From a virus (Duplodnaviria; Caudoviricetes), in the IMG/VR virus record IMGVR_UViG_3300028804_000001, positions 96,001-160,000 of that record: a DNA stretch of 64,000 nucleotides. One strand, given 5' to 3'. A model generated the notes under the pieces. It saw only the letters and a list, made by a program, of their open reading frames with translations, was not told the origin of the DNA and searched no databases. Every line of letters begins with the position of its first letter. Within the stretch, counting starts at the first letter, position 1. Shown piece by piece: positions 1 through 9,107 of this stretch. The position numbers and the translations under genes were made by a program.

Positions 1-100
1 TGCGTTTCATACAAACATGGAATTCAATATCTTTCCATGTTGCATCACTCTTGTTAAGAGCCTTAGCAAACTCTTTCCATGCTTTATCTGCTGTGTTCAT
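1..100 (-). CDS. Hypothetical protein, 5' part only (runs off window edge)
   Basis: ATG at 100 preceded by GGAGG SD; open frame MNTADKAWKEFAKALNKSDATWKDIEFHVCMKR... to position 1. Confidence 0.6.
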   Translation of the reverse strand, partial: MNTADKAWKEFAKALNKSDATWKDIEFHVCMKR

Positions 101-325
101 ATGTTTGTCCTCCCAGACAATTGTGTCATCGAAGTCAGGACCCCGTAGGCTCGGAGCTTTCGAGATTCTGAGATATGACTACTAGGTTGCAGTGTGGAAA
201 GGTGTAAGGAATTAGAGAGAGGGGAGGTGATAGTGATACTTGGAGATGATTATTAGGTAGTAAGGGGGGAGTTTGTATAGTGATTTGGGGAGGTACGATT
301 TTTTAAGGCGGTTGATGATTTCAGG

Positions 326-1096
326 ATGAGTAATAAGGTTAAACGTATTTATAACTGGTTCCCTTCAAGACCGGATCATAGAGATATGAAATTAAGCTAT
401 GGCCTGGTGAAACGAAAGCTCTTGCTTCCTAAGAAGGTAGATTTGAGAGGCGGTATGCCTGAAGTATATGATCAAGGAGAATTAGGATCATGTACGGGCC
501 AGGCTATTGGAGCCGCTTATGAATATTCTCAGATGAAGCAGAGACAGAAGGATTTTACCCCCAGCCGTCTCTTTATATACTACAATGAGAGAAAGCTTGA
601 AGGTAATGTAATGGTAGATTCCGGAGCGGTAATTAGAACCGGAATGAAAGCAATATCAAGATTCGGCGTATGTACAGAAATTACATGGCCGTACGATATT
701 AAAAAATTCACCCAGGATCCAGGAAGCAAAGCTTACGCGGAAGCTTCTTACCACCAGGCAATTGAATACAGGAACGTAGATCAGGACCTGGATCAATTAA
801 GGGCGGCCTTGAATGACGGTTACCCTGTCGTATTCGGATTCACCGTATTCGAAGGTTTCGAATCGGATGAAGTAGCTAAAACCGGCCTGCTTAAGATGCC
901 CGAAGTATCTGAAAAAAACATGGGCGGTCATGCAGTTCTTATGGTCGGCTATGATGATTCTAAGAAGCATTTCATAGTCCGCAATTCCTGGGGGAAGAAC
1001 TGGGGAGACAAAGGCTACTTCTATATGCCTTATGAGTATGCCATAGACGCCGGCCTGGCTGATGATTTCTGGACGCTCACAAAGGTAGAGCAATAA
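326..1096 (+). CDS. Papain-like cysteine peptidase, family C1
   Basis: QGELGSCT (catalytic Gln/Cys), GGHAV (His), RNSWG (Asn), WGDKGYF. Confidence 0.93.
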   Translation: MSNKVKRIYNWFPSRPDHRDMKLSYGLVKRKLLLPKKVDLRGGMPEVYDQGELGSCTGQAIGAAYEYSQMKQRQKDFTPSRLFIYYNERKLEGNVMVDSGAVIRTGMKAISRFGVCTEITWPYDIKKFTQDPGSKAYAEASYHQAIEYRNVDQDLDQLRAALNDGYPVVFGFTVFEGFESDEVAKTGLLKMPEVSEKNMGGHAVLMVGYDDSKKHFIVRNSWGKNWGDKGYFYMPYEYAIDAGLADDFWTLTKVEQ

Positions 1097-1104
1097 TACC
1101 GACG

Positions 1105-1461
1105 ATGAGTTTGAGGATAGTATCAGTATTAGTTGCTGTAGTTGCACTCGGCCTGAGCTGTTTAAGCATCTCGGCCGAGCCTTCTCGACCTGATATGAAC
1201 CCGGATATAGAGAATGTTCCCGCGGGGAAATTCTTTTCGGTTATACAGTTTGAGGGTATTAAGGATGGAATAGTGACAAGGGGCTTATTGATATACGGTC
1301 CTATTCCGGGTGATGAAGACGATTGCTTGAGGTTTACACAGGCTAAGACTGCTTCATTTGGGCGCCTGGGATTTCAGGTGGCTGGTAAGTGTGTGGAAGA
1401 CCGTAAACAGAAAGAAGAGAAACCGGAAGAGTTGAGAGTTAATAATTATGCACAAAAATAG
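1105..1461 (+). CDS. Hypothetical exported protein
   Basis: Hydrophobic N-terminal signal; 8 nt after peptidase; TAG stop. Confidence 0.7.
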   Translation: MSLRIVSVLVAVVALGLSCLSISAEPSRPDMNPDIENVPAGKFFSVIQFEGIKDGIVTRGLLIYGPIPGDEDDCLRFTQAKTASFGRLGFQVAGKCVEDRKQKEEKPEELRVNNYAQK

Positions 1462-1564
1462 ATTTGGTAAGTTTGCCCAGAAAGTTCCCAGGCCTCAGGT
1501 AGAAGTTCCTAAGACCAGCGGACATGCTGCCACTAAGCCGGCAAAGGTTAAGAAAAAGAAGTAA
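1448..1564 (+). CDS. Small basic protein (38 aa)
   Basis: MHKNRFGKFAQKVPRPQVEVPKTSGHAATKPAKVKKKK*; fills the gap exactly; not in ORF track. Confidence 0.5.
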   Translation: MHKNRFGKFAQKVPRPQVEVPKTSGHAATKPAKVKKKK

Positions 1565-1566
1565 GA

Positions 1567-2172
1567 CTATTTCTTATTTATGGCTGGGAGCATTCCTGGT
1601 ATTTCGAACAGAGTGATATGCTTCAGGTTTGGTAGTTCAAAATCAAACTTGAGGCATTTCTGGTCTACGGCTCTGAAGAATTCCACATCTGGAAATAGAG
1701 ATATTACTTTCTGTGTTTGACGTATCCAGTTATCGTAATGGGTGGCGGGGGAATCGGCTTTGGCATAATTGGTTGTTCCGGCGTAAACATTGTTGATCTT
1801 CCCATCGTTGCTTGAGTAATCGAAACCAATGACATATACATGAGTTGCTCCTCGAGAGCATGCAAGCCATAGTGCTGCAGGGCCTGAGCTCCATCCCTTC
1901 TCGGGCTCGATATAATTAAGCCGCTTATCTTCTCTATCTGCCGGATCCACATTGTTTTTGTATGTCCATATAGTGGGGAATCTTTTCTGCTTGGATTCTT
2001 CAGAAGCCAGGATTTCTGAAGTCATCTTGGGATTGACGCTTACAAGATGATCGGGAAGAAAGTCACGGTATATGGCATTGCAGCCAAATATCTCAGCCGG
2101 CCTTTTAAGTTGAGATAGATTTACCTTTACTCTGCTTTTGCCGTTGCCTATAACATATGCCAGCTTCATCAA
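1567..2172 (-). CDS. MptE/Maf_flag10-like (GT29-like Rossmann) protein
   Basis: VIGNGKSR, IFGCNAIYRDF.PDHLV, WSSGPAA, VYVIGFDY motifs typical of this phage family. Confidence 0.6.
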   Translation of the reverse strand: MMKLAYVIGNGKSRVKVNLSQLKRPAEIFGCNAIYRDFLPDHLVSVNPKMTSEILASEESKQKRFPTIWTYKNNVDPADREDKRLNYIEPEKGWSSGPAALWLACSRGATHVYVIGFDYSSNDGKINNVYAGTTNYAKADSPATHYDNWIRQTQKVISLFPDVEFFRAVDQKCLKFDFELPNLKHITLFEIPGMLPAINKK

Positions 2173-2237
2173 TAGCTTATGATTATGTCTAAGTTAGAGT
2201 AGTACCTCTGGGCAAACCTAATCAATAGTAGCCTTTC

Positions 2238-3674
2238 ATGGGAATAACCACAATGCTGGGAAAACTACTTAACCTGCTTCGAATAAGAAAAGACGATAAG
2301 CTTTTTCAGATGGCACATTTTGATCAGGTTACCGGCCTTTCTAATAGGCGAACATTCTTTAATGAGATGGAGAGATTGGTTACCAAATGTGACAGAAACA
2401 AAGGCAACTTCGTTCTTCTATTCTTTGATCTTGATAACTTTAAACCGGTTAATGATACCTACGGGCATGAAGTTGGAGATGTTGTTTTAAAACTCCTGGC
2501 AGGAAAACTTACAAAGGAGATGCGCAAGTCTGATGCCATTTACCGGTTAGCTGGAGATGAGTTTGTTCTTGTATCTGAGAATATACCAAATTCAAAAACT
2601 GCTGCTATAATTGCTGAGAAGCTTATACGTATATGCTCGGAAGATATCCACGTAGATGATAAGATCACCGTCAATGTCTCAGCCTCGGTAGGAGTATGCT
2701 TCTACCCTACTGATGCAGACTCTGTTAAAGATCTACTTCGAAAAGCAGATACTGCTATGTATCTTGCTAAGAAGAAAGGCGGTGGAACTTTCCAGATGTA
2801 TGCTGGGGAAGTTCATGAGAAAGTCATGGAGAAGATGCGGATAGAAACCAGCATCAAACAGGATCTCAAAACTAAGAACCCTGGCTTTCAGGTAATGTAT
2901 CAACCGCAGATAAATATAAAGACCGGCAAGGTGGTTGGGTTTGAAGCACTTCTCAGATGGAATAACCCTTCTATTGGAATGGTTGATACTGGTAAGCTTA
3001 TCTCTATTTGTGAGGAATCTAATCTCATAATCGATGTTGATAGATTTGTTTTAAAACAAGCATGTCAGGATATTAATAAAATTAACGCGGAACTTGGAAC
3101 AAGATTATTCGTTAGTGTAAACTTCTCTCCCAAATATCTTTATTCCAAGGAAGTTGTTAAGGATGTAATGAACATCCTGGAACAAACATATACAATACCT
3201 CAGGTTGTAGAGATTGAAATAACTGAGAGAACTGTTATGGCTGATATGGATATGGCAGCTCTTAATATCATGAATCTGTCCAAAGAGGGAATCAAAGTAG
3301 CCCTGGATGACTTTGGAATAGGTGCATCTTCTCTTAACTACCTTAAGAAATTCAAGGTCAATAAGCTTAAAATAGACCGGGCTTTCATTAGAGATATAAT
3401 GAATAATGAGGATGATAGGAAGATTGTAAATGCTATCCTGGCTATGGCCTACCATTTTGATCTTGAATGCACTGCGGAAGGGGTAGAAACTAAGACTCAG
3501 ATGCAGTTTTTAAAGGCCAATGGGTGCGATCATGTTCAGGGATATTACTATAGCAGAGCTCTTCCAGTGGACGAAATGCTAACTCTTCTTCTGAAATCTA
3601 GAGAAAGAAAGAGATTGAAGCAGGAAGAAATGATCCAGATTTTAACCAAATATCATGATGATATAATAACTTAG
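2238..3674 (+). CDS. GGDEF-EAL diguanylate cyclase/c-di-GMP phosphodiesterase
   Basis: DQVTGLSNR, DLDNFKPVNDTYGH, RKSD I-site, AGDEF; then YQPQ, EAL, EITE, DDFG, KIDR, EGVE, QGY. Confidence 0.95.
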   Translation: MGITTMLGKLLNLLRIRKDDKLFQMAHFDQVTGLSNRRTFFNEMERLVTKCDRNKGNFVLLFFDLDNFKPVNDTYGHEVGDVVLKLLAGKLTKEMRKSDAIYRLAGDEFVLVSENIPNSKTAAIIAEKLIRICSEDIHVDDKITVNVSASVGVCFYPTDADSVKDLLRKADTAMYLAKKKGGGTFQMYAGEVHEKVMEKMRIETSIKQDLKTKNPGFQVMYQPQINIKTGKVVGFEALLRWNNPSIGMVDTGKLISICEESNLIIDVDRFVLKQACQDINKINAELGTRLFVSVNFSPKYLYSKEVVKDVMNILEQTYTIPQVVEIEITERTVMADMDMAALNIMNLSKEGIKVALDDFGIGASSLNYLKKFKVNKLKIDRAFIRDIMNNEDDRKIVNAILAMAYHFDLECTAEGVETKTQMQFLKANGCDHVQGYYYSRALPVDEMLTLLLKSRERKRLKQEEMIQILTKYHDDIIT

Positions 3675-3682
3675 GAGTTGAT

Positions 3683-3814
3683 ATGAGTAAGAAACAGAAG
3701 ATTCTTCTGGCAGTTTTGATAGTGGCTCTTGTTGGTTTGCTTGGAGAGAAGCAGATACGAAACTTTGTAAAAGAAGTTGAAATCGATTATCTGTTCTACA
3801 AAAGCTCCCGCTAA
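3683..3814 (+). CDS. Small membrane protein (43 aa)
   Basis: AGGAG SD; MSKKQKILLAVLIVALVGLLGEKQ...; not in ORF track. Confidence 0.6.
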   Translation: MSKKQKILLAVLIVALVGLLGEKQIRNFVKEVEIDYLFYKSSR

Positions 3815-3831
3815 CTAATAGTCTATATCGA

Positions 3832-4650
3832 CTAAAAATTAGCCGATGTAGATTTCATAAAAACATCAATTCTGTTCATAATCTTAGCAGCTACTATAGC
3901 GTAGCCTTCTGGAGTGGGGTGAATCTGCTCACCCCAGTATTTCTTTGGTATCTTTCCTCTAAGATCTACTACTTCCAGACATGGTGTTTCCTTTGCCAGC
4001 TTTAACAATTCCTTATTTGTTATATCTACAAACTCTCTGACTATCTTACTAGCCAGAGGAATAGGAACATTGTTATTATAAAAGAACTCTTTAAGCATAG
4101 CGGTAAACTTAGAATTGGGTTCTTTTTCTGGGTGGAAATAATCATATCCATGAATAATAATCTTGAAGTATTTTAAGTGCCCATACTTCTCATACTGTCT
4201 AACCAGGCTTGTTACATATCTCTTTAACTGTGGAAACATTACCGTTTTTATAAAGTTCGTAAGATGCTTTTTCTTCAGCTTGCATTTGGATCCGGATCCT
4301 GACATAAACGATGAGAAGATGTTCAGCATATCATTCCCACCAAGTGATAAAACTATAACCAGGGGTCTTCTAAGGTTTACTATTTTAAGTGCAAGATCGC
4401 AGAGTCTGTTCTTTATTTCATCTTCCAGTGTGTATCCAGGAATTGCACAGTTAATAAGTGGATACTTTTGCTTGATCCAATCAATCGTATCCCAATGTAA
4501 TGGCCCTCGATCAAACAATCTTCTGTTTAGCCAGGAATCTCCTATGGCAATAATAGAAGGAACTTTCTTGCGCAGTATTAATCTTAATAATAATAGCCGT
4601 AGTTTTTTTCTTAAAACAGCTGCGCTAAAGAGCATGCTCACTAGCTTCAT
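3832..4650 (-). CDS. SGNH/GDSL hydrolase
   Basis: IGDSW block I, SLGGND block III, IHP block V. Confidence 0.8.
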   Translation of the reverse strand: MKLVSMLFSAAVLRKKLRLLLLRLILRKKVPSIIAIGDSWLNRRLFDRGPLHWDTIDWIKQKYPLINCAIPGYTLEDEIKNRLCDLALKIVNLRRPLVIVLSLGGNDMLNIFSSFMSGSGSKCKLKKKHLTNFIKTVMFPQLKRYVTSLVRQYEKYGHLKYFKIIIHGYDYFHPEKEPNSKFTAMLKEFFYNNNVPIPLASKIVREFVDITNKELLKLAKETPCLEVVDLRGKIPKKYWGEQIHPTPEGYAIVAAKIMNRIDVFMKSTSANF

Positions 4651-4689
4651 TTAAGAGATTGTTCTCTTTTATGCAAAAATGTACCCATT

Positions 4690-4753
4690 TTCCCGTACGG
4701 GAAGATTTGATCTTGGACTGAAGGTTTTGAGGCGTTTTAATCCCGTACGGGAA
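4690..4753. repeat. Two copies of palindrome TCCCGTACGGGA, 50 bp apart; putative operator pair
   Basis: TTCCCGTACGGGAA at 4690-4703 and TCCCGTACGGGA at 4741-4752 in a divergent intergenic region. Confidence 0.75.
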
Positions 4754-4767
4754 TATATGATTTCTAA

Positions 4768-4795
4768 TTGACTGAACCTTCGCAAGTATCATTAT
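4768..4795 (+). promoter_or_regulatory. Putative sigma70-type promoter
   Basis: TTGACT-16 nt-CATTAT, 7 nt before ATG 4803. Confidence 0.4.
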
Positions 4796-4802
4796 TGTCC
4801 GG

Positions 4803-5411
4803 ATGTCAGATCAAGAAATCCTTAGTATTGTTAAATCCTGGTGGATCATTCCAATCTTTATTCTTTGGTCAGTATTAGTAGCTATAGCAAGTAGATACAT
4901 TGGATCCATTCTCGCTAGCATCCTGGATGCTTTCGTTTTTCTAGTGGATCTAATTGGTATGATTATTTTCGATATTAGACATCGAAGAGCAAGAAATAGA
5001 TTATCCAGATCTGTTTTAAATCAATTGGATTCAATAAGAAGAAGAGAATACGAAAGAAGAGAAAGATATACTTCTGTAACTGGAACGATGGGTTCAGATG
5101 GAGTTCACCATAGAAGAGAAACTGGAGGTGGTAGATATTCTGTAATAAGTGGAACTGGTGGAACTGGTGGAAATGGATTCTTGAATGAAGATCCGTTGGA
5201 TAGAATAAGACAGCAATCCTCTGGCCGACTTCTTACTTTTGAAGAAACTATATATAGTGAAACGAATAATGGATCAAGAAATAAAAGAAGAACTAAGCCA
5301 AAGGTTGAAATCTATGATGAGATTACAGAAGATGTAGTTATAGAAAATCCATCTACGTTAAAAGAGAAACTGTTAAACACCAGAACTAAGAATACTAAGA
5401 CAATAGGATAA
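4803..5411 (+). CDS. Hypothetical membrane protein
   Basis: Two hydrophobic N-terminal segments; charged/Gly-rich tail. Confidence 0.65.
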   Translation: MSDQEILSIVKSWWIIPIFILWSVLVAIASRYIGSILASILDAFVFLVDLIGMIIFDIRHRRARNRLSRSVLNQLDSIRRREYERRERYTSVTGTMGSDGVHHRRETGGGRYSVISGTGGTGGNGFLNEDPLDRIRQQSSGRLLTFEETIYSETNNGSRNKRRTKPKVEIYDEITEDVVIENPSTLKEKLLNTRTKNTKTIG

Positions 5412-5414
5412 AAT

Positions 5415-5756
5415 ATGAAAGTTGTATTCTCAAACAGAGAGCGCAAACTTCCTGGGTGGAAAAAGAAAGTAAAGGCTGCCAATGGCAATGCGGTATTTGT
5501 AGTTATAAACAGTCATCCGGATATAGATGTGTGGATAGATTGTAATTACGAGATGGAAAAAGATGTTAAGAAGGATATGCATCTTCCCTGGAATATTTCA
5601 GATCCTGTCCCAGAGGATCCGGATATTGTCCTCTATCCTGTATGGCCTATAGGATTAAATGGACTTATATATTTAATAATCCCTATTAATGAGAATATTG
5701 AGGATATCGGAAGCCAAATTCTACTTGCGGCCTCAAAGAAACCGGCTATCAATTGA
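5415..5756 (+). CDS. Hypothetical protein
   Basis: Tightly packed ORF in + operon. Confidence 0.6.
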   Translation: MKVVFSNRERKLPGWKKKVKAANGNAVFVVINSHPDIDVWIDCNYEMEKDVKKDMHLPWNISDPVPEDPDIVLYPVWPIGLNGLIYLIIPINENIEDIGSQILLAASKKPAIN

Positions 5757-5883
5757 TGAATGTTAGATCCTCTTATAGCAGCAGTAATAGTATTTTGCTG
5801 CTCGGCAGAGTTTATATGGTTATGTCTCATGCTTGCAATGCTAGAAGAGAAGGCGCTGTTCATACCAAAACAGAAGAAAAAGA

Positions 5884-6147
5884 ATGAGCAAAAGAAGCTC
5901 AAGAAGCAGAAGACCCAAAGAAAAACGGTATACAATCCCACCCGTCGTGAGCGGGGAATGGGGTCAAAGAAGTATTGAGGAGGATTTAAAACAAGATAAA
6001 AGAATCAATAGAGATTCGGATGGATCCTTTACAACAACAGATTTGGCAGTAGCTAGAGAATATGCTAGTAAGCTGAGAGGATCATCTGTAATGGGTAAGT
6101 GTTGCGATTTAATGCCAAGATGTGAACATTGGAAAGGAGATATCTGA
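5884..6147 (+). CDS. Hypothetical protein
   Basis: Stop overlaps dCMP deaminase start (TGATG); overlaps competing ORF 5760-5978. Confidence 0.5.
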   Translation: MSKRSSRSRRPKEKRYTIPPVVSGEWGQRSIEEDLKQDKRINRDSDGSFTTTDLAVAREYASKLRGSSVMGKCCDLMPRCEHWKGDI

Positions 6148-6599
6148 TGAGTTCTGAGAAATGGGATAAGAGATTTATGGAAATGGCTAAGCTGGTAGCT
6201 AGCTGGAGCAAGGATCCATCTACTAAAGCCGGCGCTGTTATTGTAAGACCGGATAAAACTATCGTATCTGTTGGCTATAATGGATTCCCATCTAAGATGC
6301 CAGATGATCCAAAGATGTATGAAAATAGAGAGGAGAAATACTCTCGGATTGTACATGCGGAGGTCAATGCTCTTATCTTCTCGAGAGAACCGGTGGTAGG
6401 ATACACACTATACACATACCCATTCCTTTCATGTGATAGATGTTTTTCCCAGCTAGCCCAGGCAGGAATCTCAACATTTGTATCTCCCATATGTCCTCCA
6501 CATCTTCTAGAAAGATGGGGGAAATCATTTGATATGGTCAGATTACGGGCTAAGGAAATGGGAATTAATATCCAAGAGTATGAGGATATAACGCCATGA
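6147..6599 (+). CDS. dCMP deaminase
   Basis: WDKRFM, SKDPSTKAGA, VGYNG, HAEVNA, CDRC zinc motif; AAGGAG SD before ATG 6147. Confidence 0.93.
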   Translation: MSSEKWDKRFMEMAKLVASWSKDPSTKAGAVIVRPDKTIVSVGYNGFPSKMPDDPKMYENREEKYSRIVHAEVNALIFSREPVVGYTLYTYPFLSCDRCFSQLAQAGISTFVSPICPPHLLERWGKSFDMVRLRAKEMGINIQEYEDITP

Positions 6600-7096
6600 A
6601 CAAACAAACTCCAACTGCTAAAGAATATTCCAGATCTATTAAACAATCATTGATGGAGAATATTCTAGCGTTTAACGACACCGCGTTTATCCATTGTTTG
6701 CCACATAAGGATTTGATCATAGGTAGACGGGGTCTTCAAGGAAAAGAAAAAACAGAAGGTATTGTTCTGGTCCTTGGGCCTACAAGCTATAAGGATATTG
6801 TTATAGAAGAGGATTGCATTAAAACGAGTTTGCAGTTCGGTCAGAAATGGGAAAATATTACGATACCATTGGACTCTTTGGTATCTATATGGGACAAACA
6901 TGGTTTCTTTCAAATAAGATTGGCCGTATTTGAAGATGAGCTTTTAGAAGAAGCAGATACTCCAACTATTACAGATCCAGCAATAGATAATCCAGATTCT
7001 ATGGGAAATTCTCCACCGGAAAAGAAAAAAACAACAGTAAAAAGCGAAGGTAATGTGGTTGCTGTTGATTTTATCAAAAGAAAGAAGATAAAATGA
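6596..7096 (+). CDS. sspB: ClpXP specificity-enhancing factor SspB-like protein
   Basis: GIVLVLG...LQFG..WE.I.IP.D core, acidic linker, C-terminal NVVAVDF+KRKK ClpX-docking-like tail; resembles Leptospira SspB from memory. Confidence 0.65.
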   Translation: MNKQTPTAKEYSRSIKQSLMENILAFNDTAFIHCLPHKDLIIGRRGLQGKEKTEGIVLVLGPTSYKDIVIEEDCIKTSLQFGQKWENITIPLDSLVSIWDKHGFFQIRLAVFEDELLEEADTPTITDPAIDNPDSMGNSPPEKKKTTVKSEGNVVAVDFIKRKKIK

Positions 7097-7455
7097 GCAT
7101 TAAGGATAGACTACAAAGAAAGAAAGTTATCCTAGAGAAGAGAGCAGCCCGGAAAGAATTATTTCGAGTTAAAAAGAAAATCCAGGAACTCATTGATTCT
7201 GGAAATCCATCTAAAGTAGAAATCCGAGGAACTCTAGAATTTGTAGATGGGAGAGAAGAAGTAAGAGTAATAGGCCAGTGCTATATAGATGAAAATCAAC
7301 AAATATGGGTTCTTACAGAGAGTAATGAATTGGTAAAGTTTATTGCAACTGAGTCGCAGAGGAATGCTATAGTTGAATTAATGGAACATCAACGAAGAGC
7401 TATGGAAGAGTTAGAAGATCAAGAAAGAATATACACAACTATGTTAGGAGATTAG
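7093..7455 (+). CDS. Hypothetical protein
   Basis: ATGA overlap with upstream gene. Confidence 0.65.
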   Translation: MSIKDRLQRKKVILEKRAARKELFRVKKKIQELIDSGNPSKVEIRGTLEFVDGREEVRVIGQCYIDENQQIWVLTESNELVKFIATESQRNAIVELMEHQRRAMEELEDQERIYTTMLGD

Positions 7456-7457
7456 TA

Positions 7458-7637
7458 ATGACCATACTCAATATCTTTTTAATCGTATTATGTATATGGC
7501 TAATATGTTCAATAATTACATTTATAGCTATAAGGCGGATGAATCCTAAGAGAAAAATACCTATTGATATTCTAGTTAGTTTAGGATTGGGTCCCTTTGG
7601 TATTATACTTTTAATGATTGCTTTAGCGCAGGGGTAA
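7458..7637 (+). CDS. Small two-TM membrane protein (59 aa)
   Basis: AGGAG SD; MTILNIFLIVLCIWLICSII...LGPFGIILLMIALAQG*; fills gap. Confidence 0.6.
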   Translation: MTILNIFLIVLCIWLICSIITFIAIRRMNPKRKIPIDILVSLGLGPFGIILLMIALAQG

Positions 7638-7639
7638 TA

Positions 7640-7915
7640 ATGTCAGAACTTTGTTATTATGTTGATGATCATGGAGATATGTGCCGCAATATGGCAGAAT
7701 GGGAGATAGCTCACTATGAAAGAGCTGGAAATCTAGAAACAGAAGAAGAGATATTGGATCCAGACGATGTATGTGAATTTGTTACATGCACTTGTAATAA
7801 TCATCTACTTCAAATGTTAGAAAAGAATTATGTGAATGTTGTCCAACATATGAAGGAAAAGGTGGATATTGGAACCCATCTGAATGGGATCATGACAGCA
7901 GAATCTTTAAACTAG
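7640..7915 (+). CDS. Hypothetical Cys/His-containing protein
   Basis: Packed ORF in operon. Confidence 0.6.
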   Translation: MSELCYYVDDHGDMCRNMAEWEIAHYERAGNLETEEEILDPDDVCEFVTCTCNNHLLQMLEKNYVNVVQHMKEKVDIGTHLNGIMTAESLN

Positions 7916-7925
7916 GAGAAGAGAA

Positions 7926-8849
7926 ATGAATAAAAGAATACTTGTAACCGGCGGGAATGGATTTCTCGGATCCTATGTAGTTGATCGCCTCGAACAACTA
8001 GACCATAAGGTAGATCATCCTGATAGAAAAAGATGTAATCTTCTAGATGAGAAGAATCTCTACGACTATCTATCCTGGCTATCTCCAGATATAGTAATCC
8101 ATCTAGCTGCCGTTGTTGGAGGAATTGGAGCAAATAAAGAGAATCCTGGAAAGTTCTTCTATGAGAACATGCAGATGGGCATGAATATGATTCATGCTGC
8201 ATCTAGATTAGGTGTTGGAAAATTCGTATTTGTTGGAACTACCTGTTCCTATCCAAAATTTACTCCTGTCCCATTCAAAGAAACGGATATATGGAATGGC
8301 TACCCAGAAGAGACTAATGCACCATATGGAATTGCAAAGAAAGCACTTATTTCTATGGGCAATGCTTACCGGCAGCAATATGGATTGAACTTTATATCTC
8401 TATTGCCGGCTAATCTATATGGACCAAAAGATAACTTTGATCCAAGTGCAAGCCATGTCATTCCAGCACTGGTAAGAAAGTTTCAGGAAGCCAAAGATAA
8501 TAATTCTGAAGGTGTTACATTATGGGGAACTGGTTCAGCATCGAGAGAATTTCTATTCGTGGAAGATTGTGCCCGCGGGATCTGTCTAGCCACAGAAAGG
8601 TACGATAAAGAAGAATCGGTCAACCTTGGTTCAGGTAAAGAAATATCAATAAAGGAAGTTGCTACTATTATTGCCGAAGAGATTGGGTATTCTGGTATGA
8701 TCATATGGGATAGTTCAAAACCAGATGGTCAGCCCAGAAGATGCCTTGATACTAGCAGAGCTAAAGAGTTTGGCTTTGAAGCTAGTAAGGATTTTAGAAC
8801 CGGTGTAAGAGAAGTAATAGCCTATTGGAACCAGGTTAAATCTTCATGA
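7926..8849 (+). CDS. fcl: GDP-L-fucose synthase
   Basis: VTGGNGFLG, LAAVVGGIGAN, TCSYPK, YGIAK, NLYGP.DNF, SHVIPAL, SREFL, KPDGQPRR. Confidence 0.95.
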   Translation: MNKRILVTGGNGFLGSYVVDRLEQLDHKVDHPDRKRCNLLDEKNLYDYLSWLSPDIVIHLAAVVGGIGANKENPGKFFYENMQMGMNMIHAASRLGVGKFVFVGTTCSYPKFTPVPFKETDIWNGYPEETNAPYGIAKKALISMGNAYRQQYGLNFISLLPANLYGPKDNFDPSASHVIPALVRKFQEAKDNNSEGVTLWGTGSASREFLFVEDCARGICLATERYDKEESVNLGSGKEISIKEVATIIAEEIGYSGMIIWDSSKPDGQPRRCLDTSRAKEFGFEASKDFRTGVREVIAYWNQVKSS

Positions 8850-9088
8850 ATGATGTTATCTACGATAGCTATAATCCTAAATTAATCCAGCTTACTAACC
8901 AGTTAGAGCAGCTAATTAAAAAGGATCCAGATCTTGTTTTTCAAGATGATCTATTAAAAGCCATTCATTACACAGTGCACAATCGCAAATGGGTTAATAA
9001 ACGACAGTATGATGAGGCTATGCTGTCCATAAAAAAGAAACTGTCATTACACGGCAAAGTCCAGGAAGCAGCGGTACGTCCGGAGTAG
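8846..9088 (+). CDS. Hypothetical protein
   Basis: ATGA overlap with fcl. Confidence 0.6.
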   Translation: MNDVIYDSYNPKLIQLTNQLEQLIKKDPDLVFQDDLLKAIHYTVHNRKWVNKRQYDEAMLSIKKKLSLHGKVQEAAVRPE

Positions 9089-9107
9089 TGAACATGAACG
9101 TCTTACC

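Noticed and set aside
2209-2237. c-di-GMP-I riboswitch upstream of the GGDEF-EAL gene (GGGCAAACC)
   Set aside because: The downstream GAAA tetraloop and GACGCAAAG elements are absent and there is no room before the ATG.
5151-5175. GGAACTGGT tandem repeat
   Set aside because: Simply encodes a GTGGTGG linker; not a CRISPR or mobile repeat.
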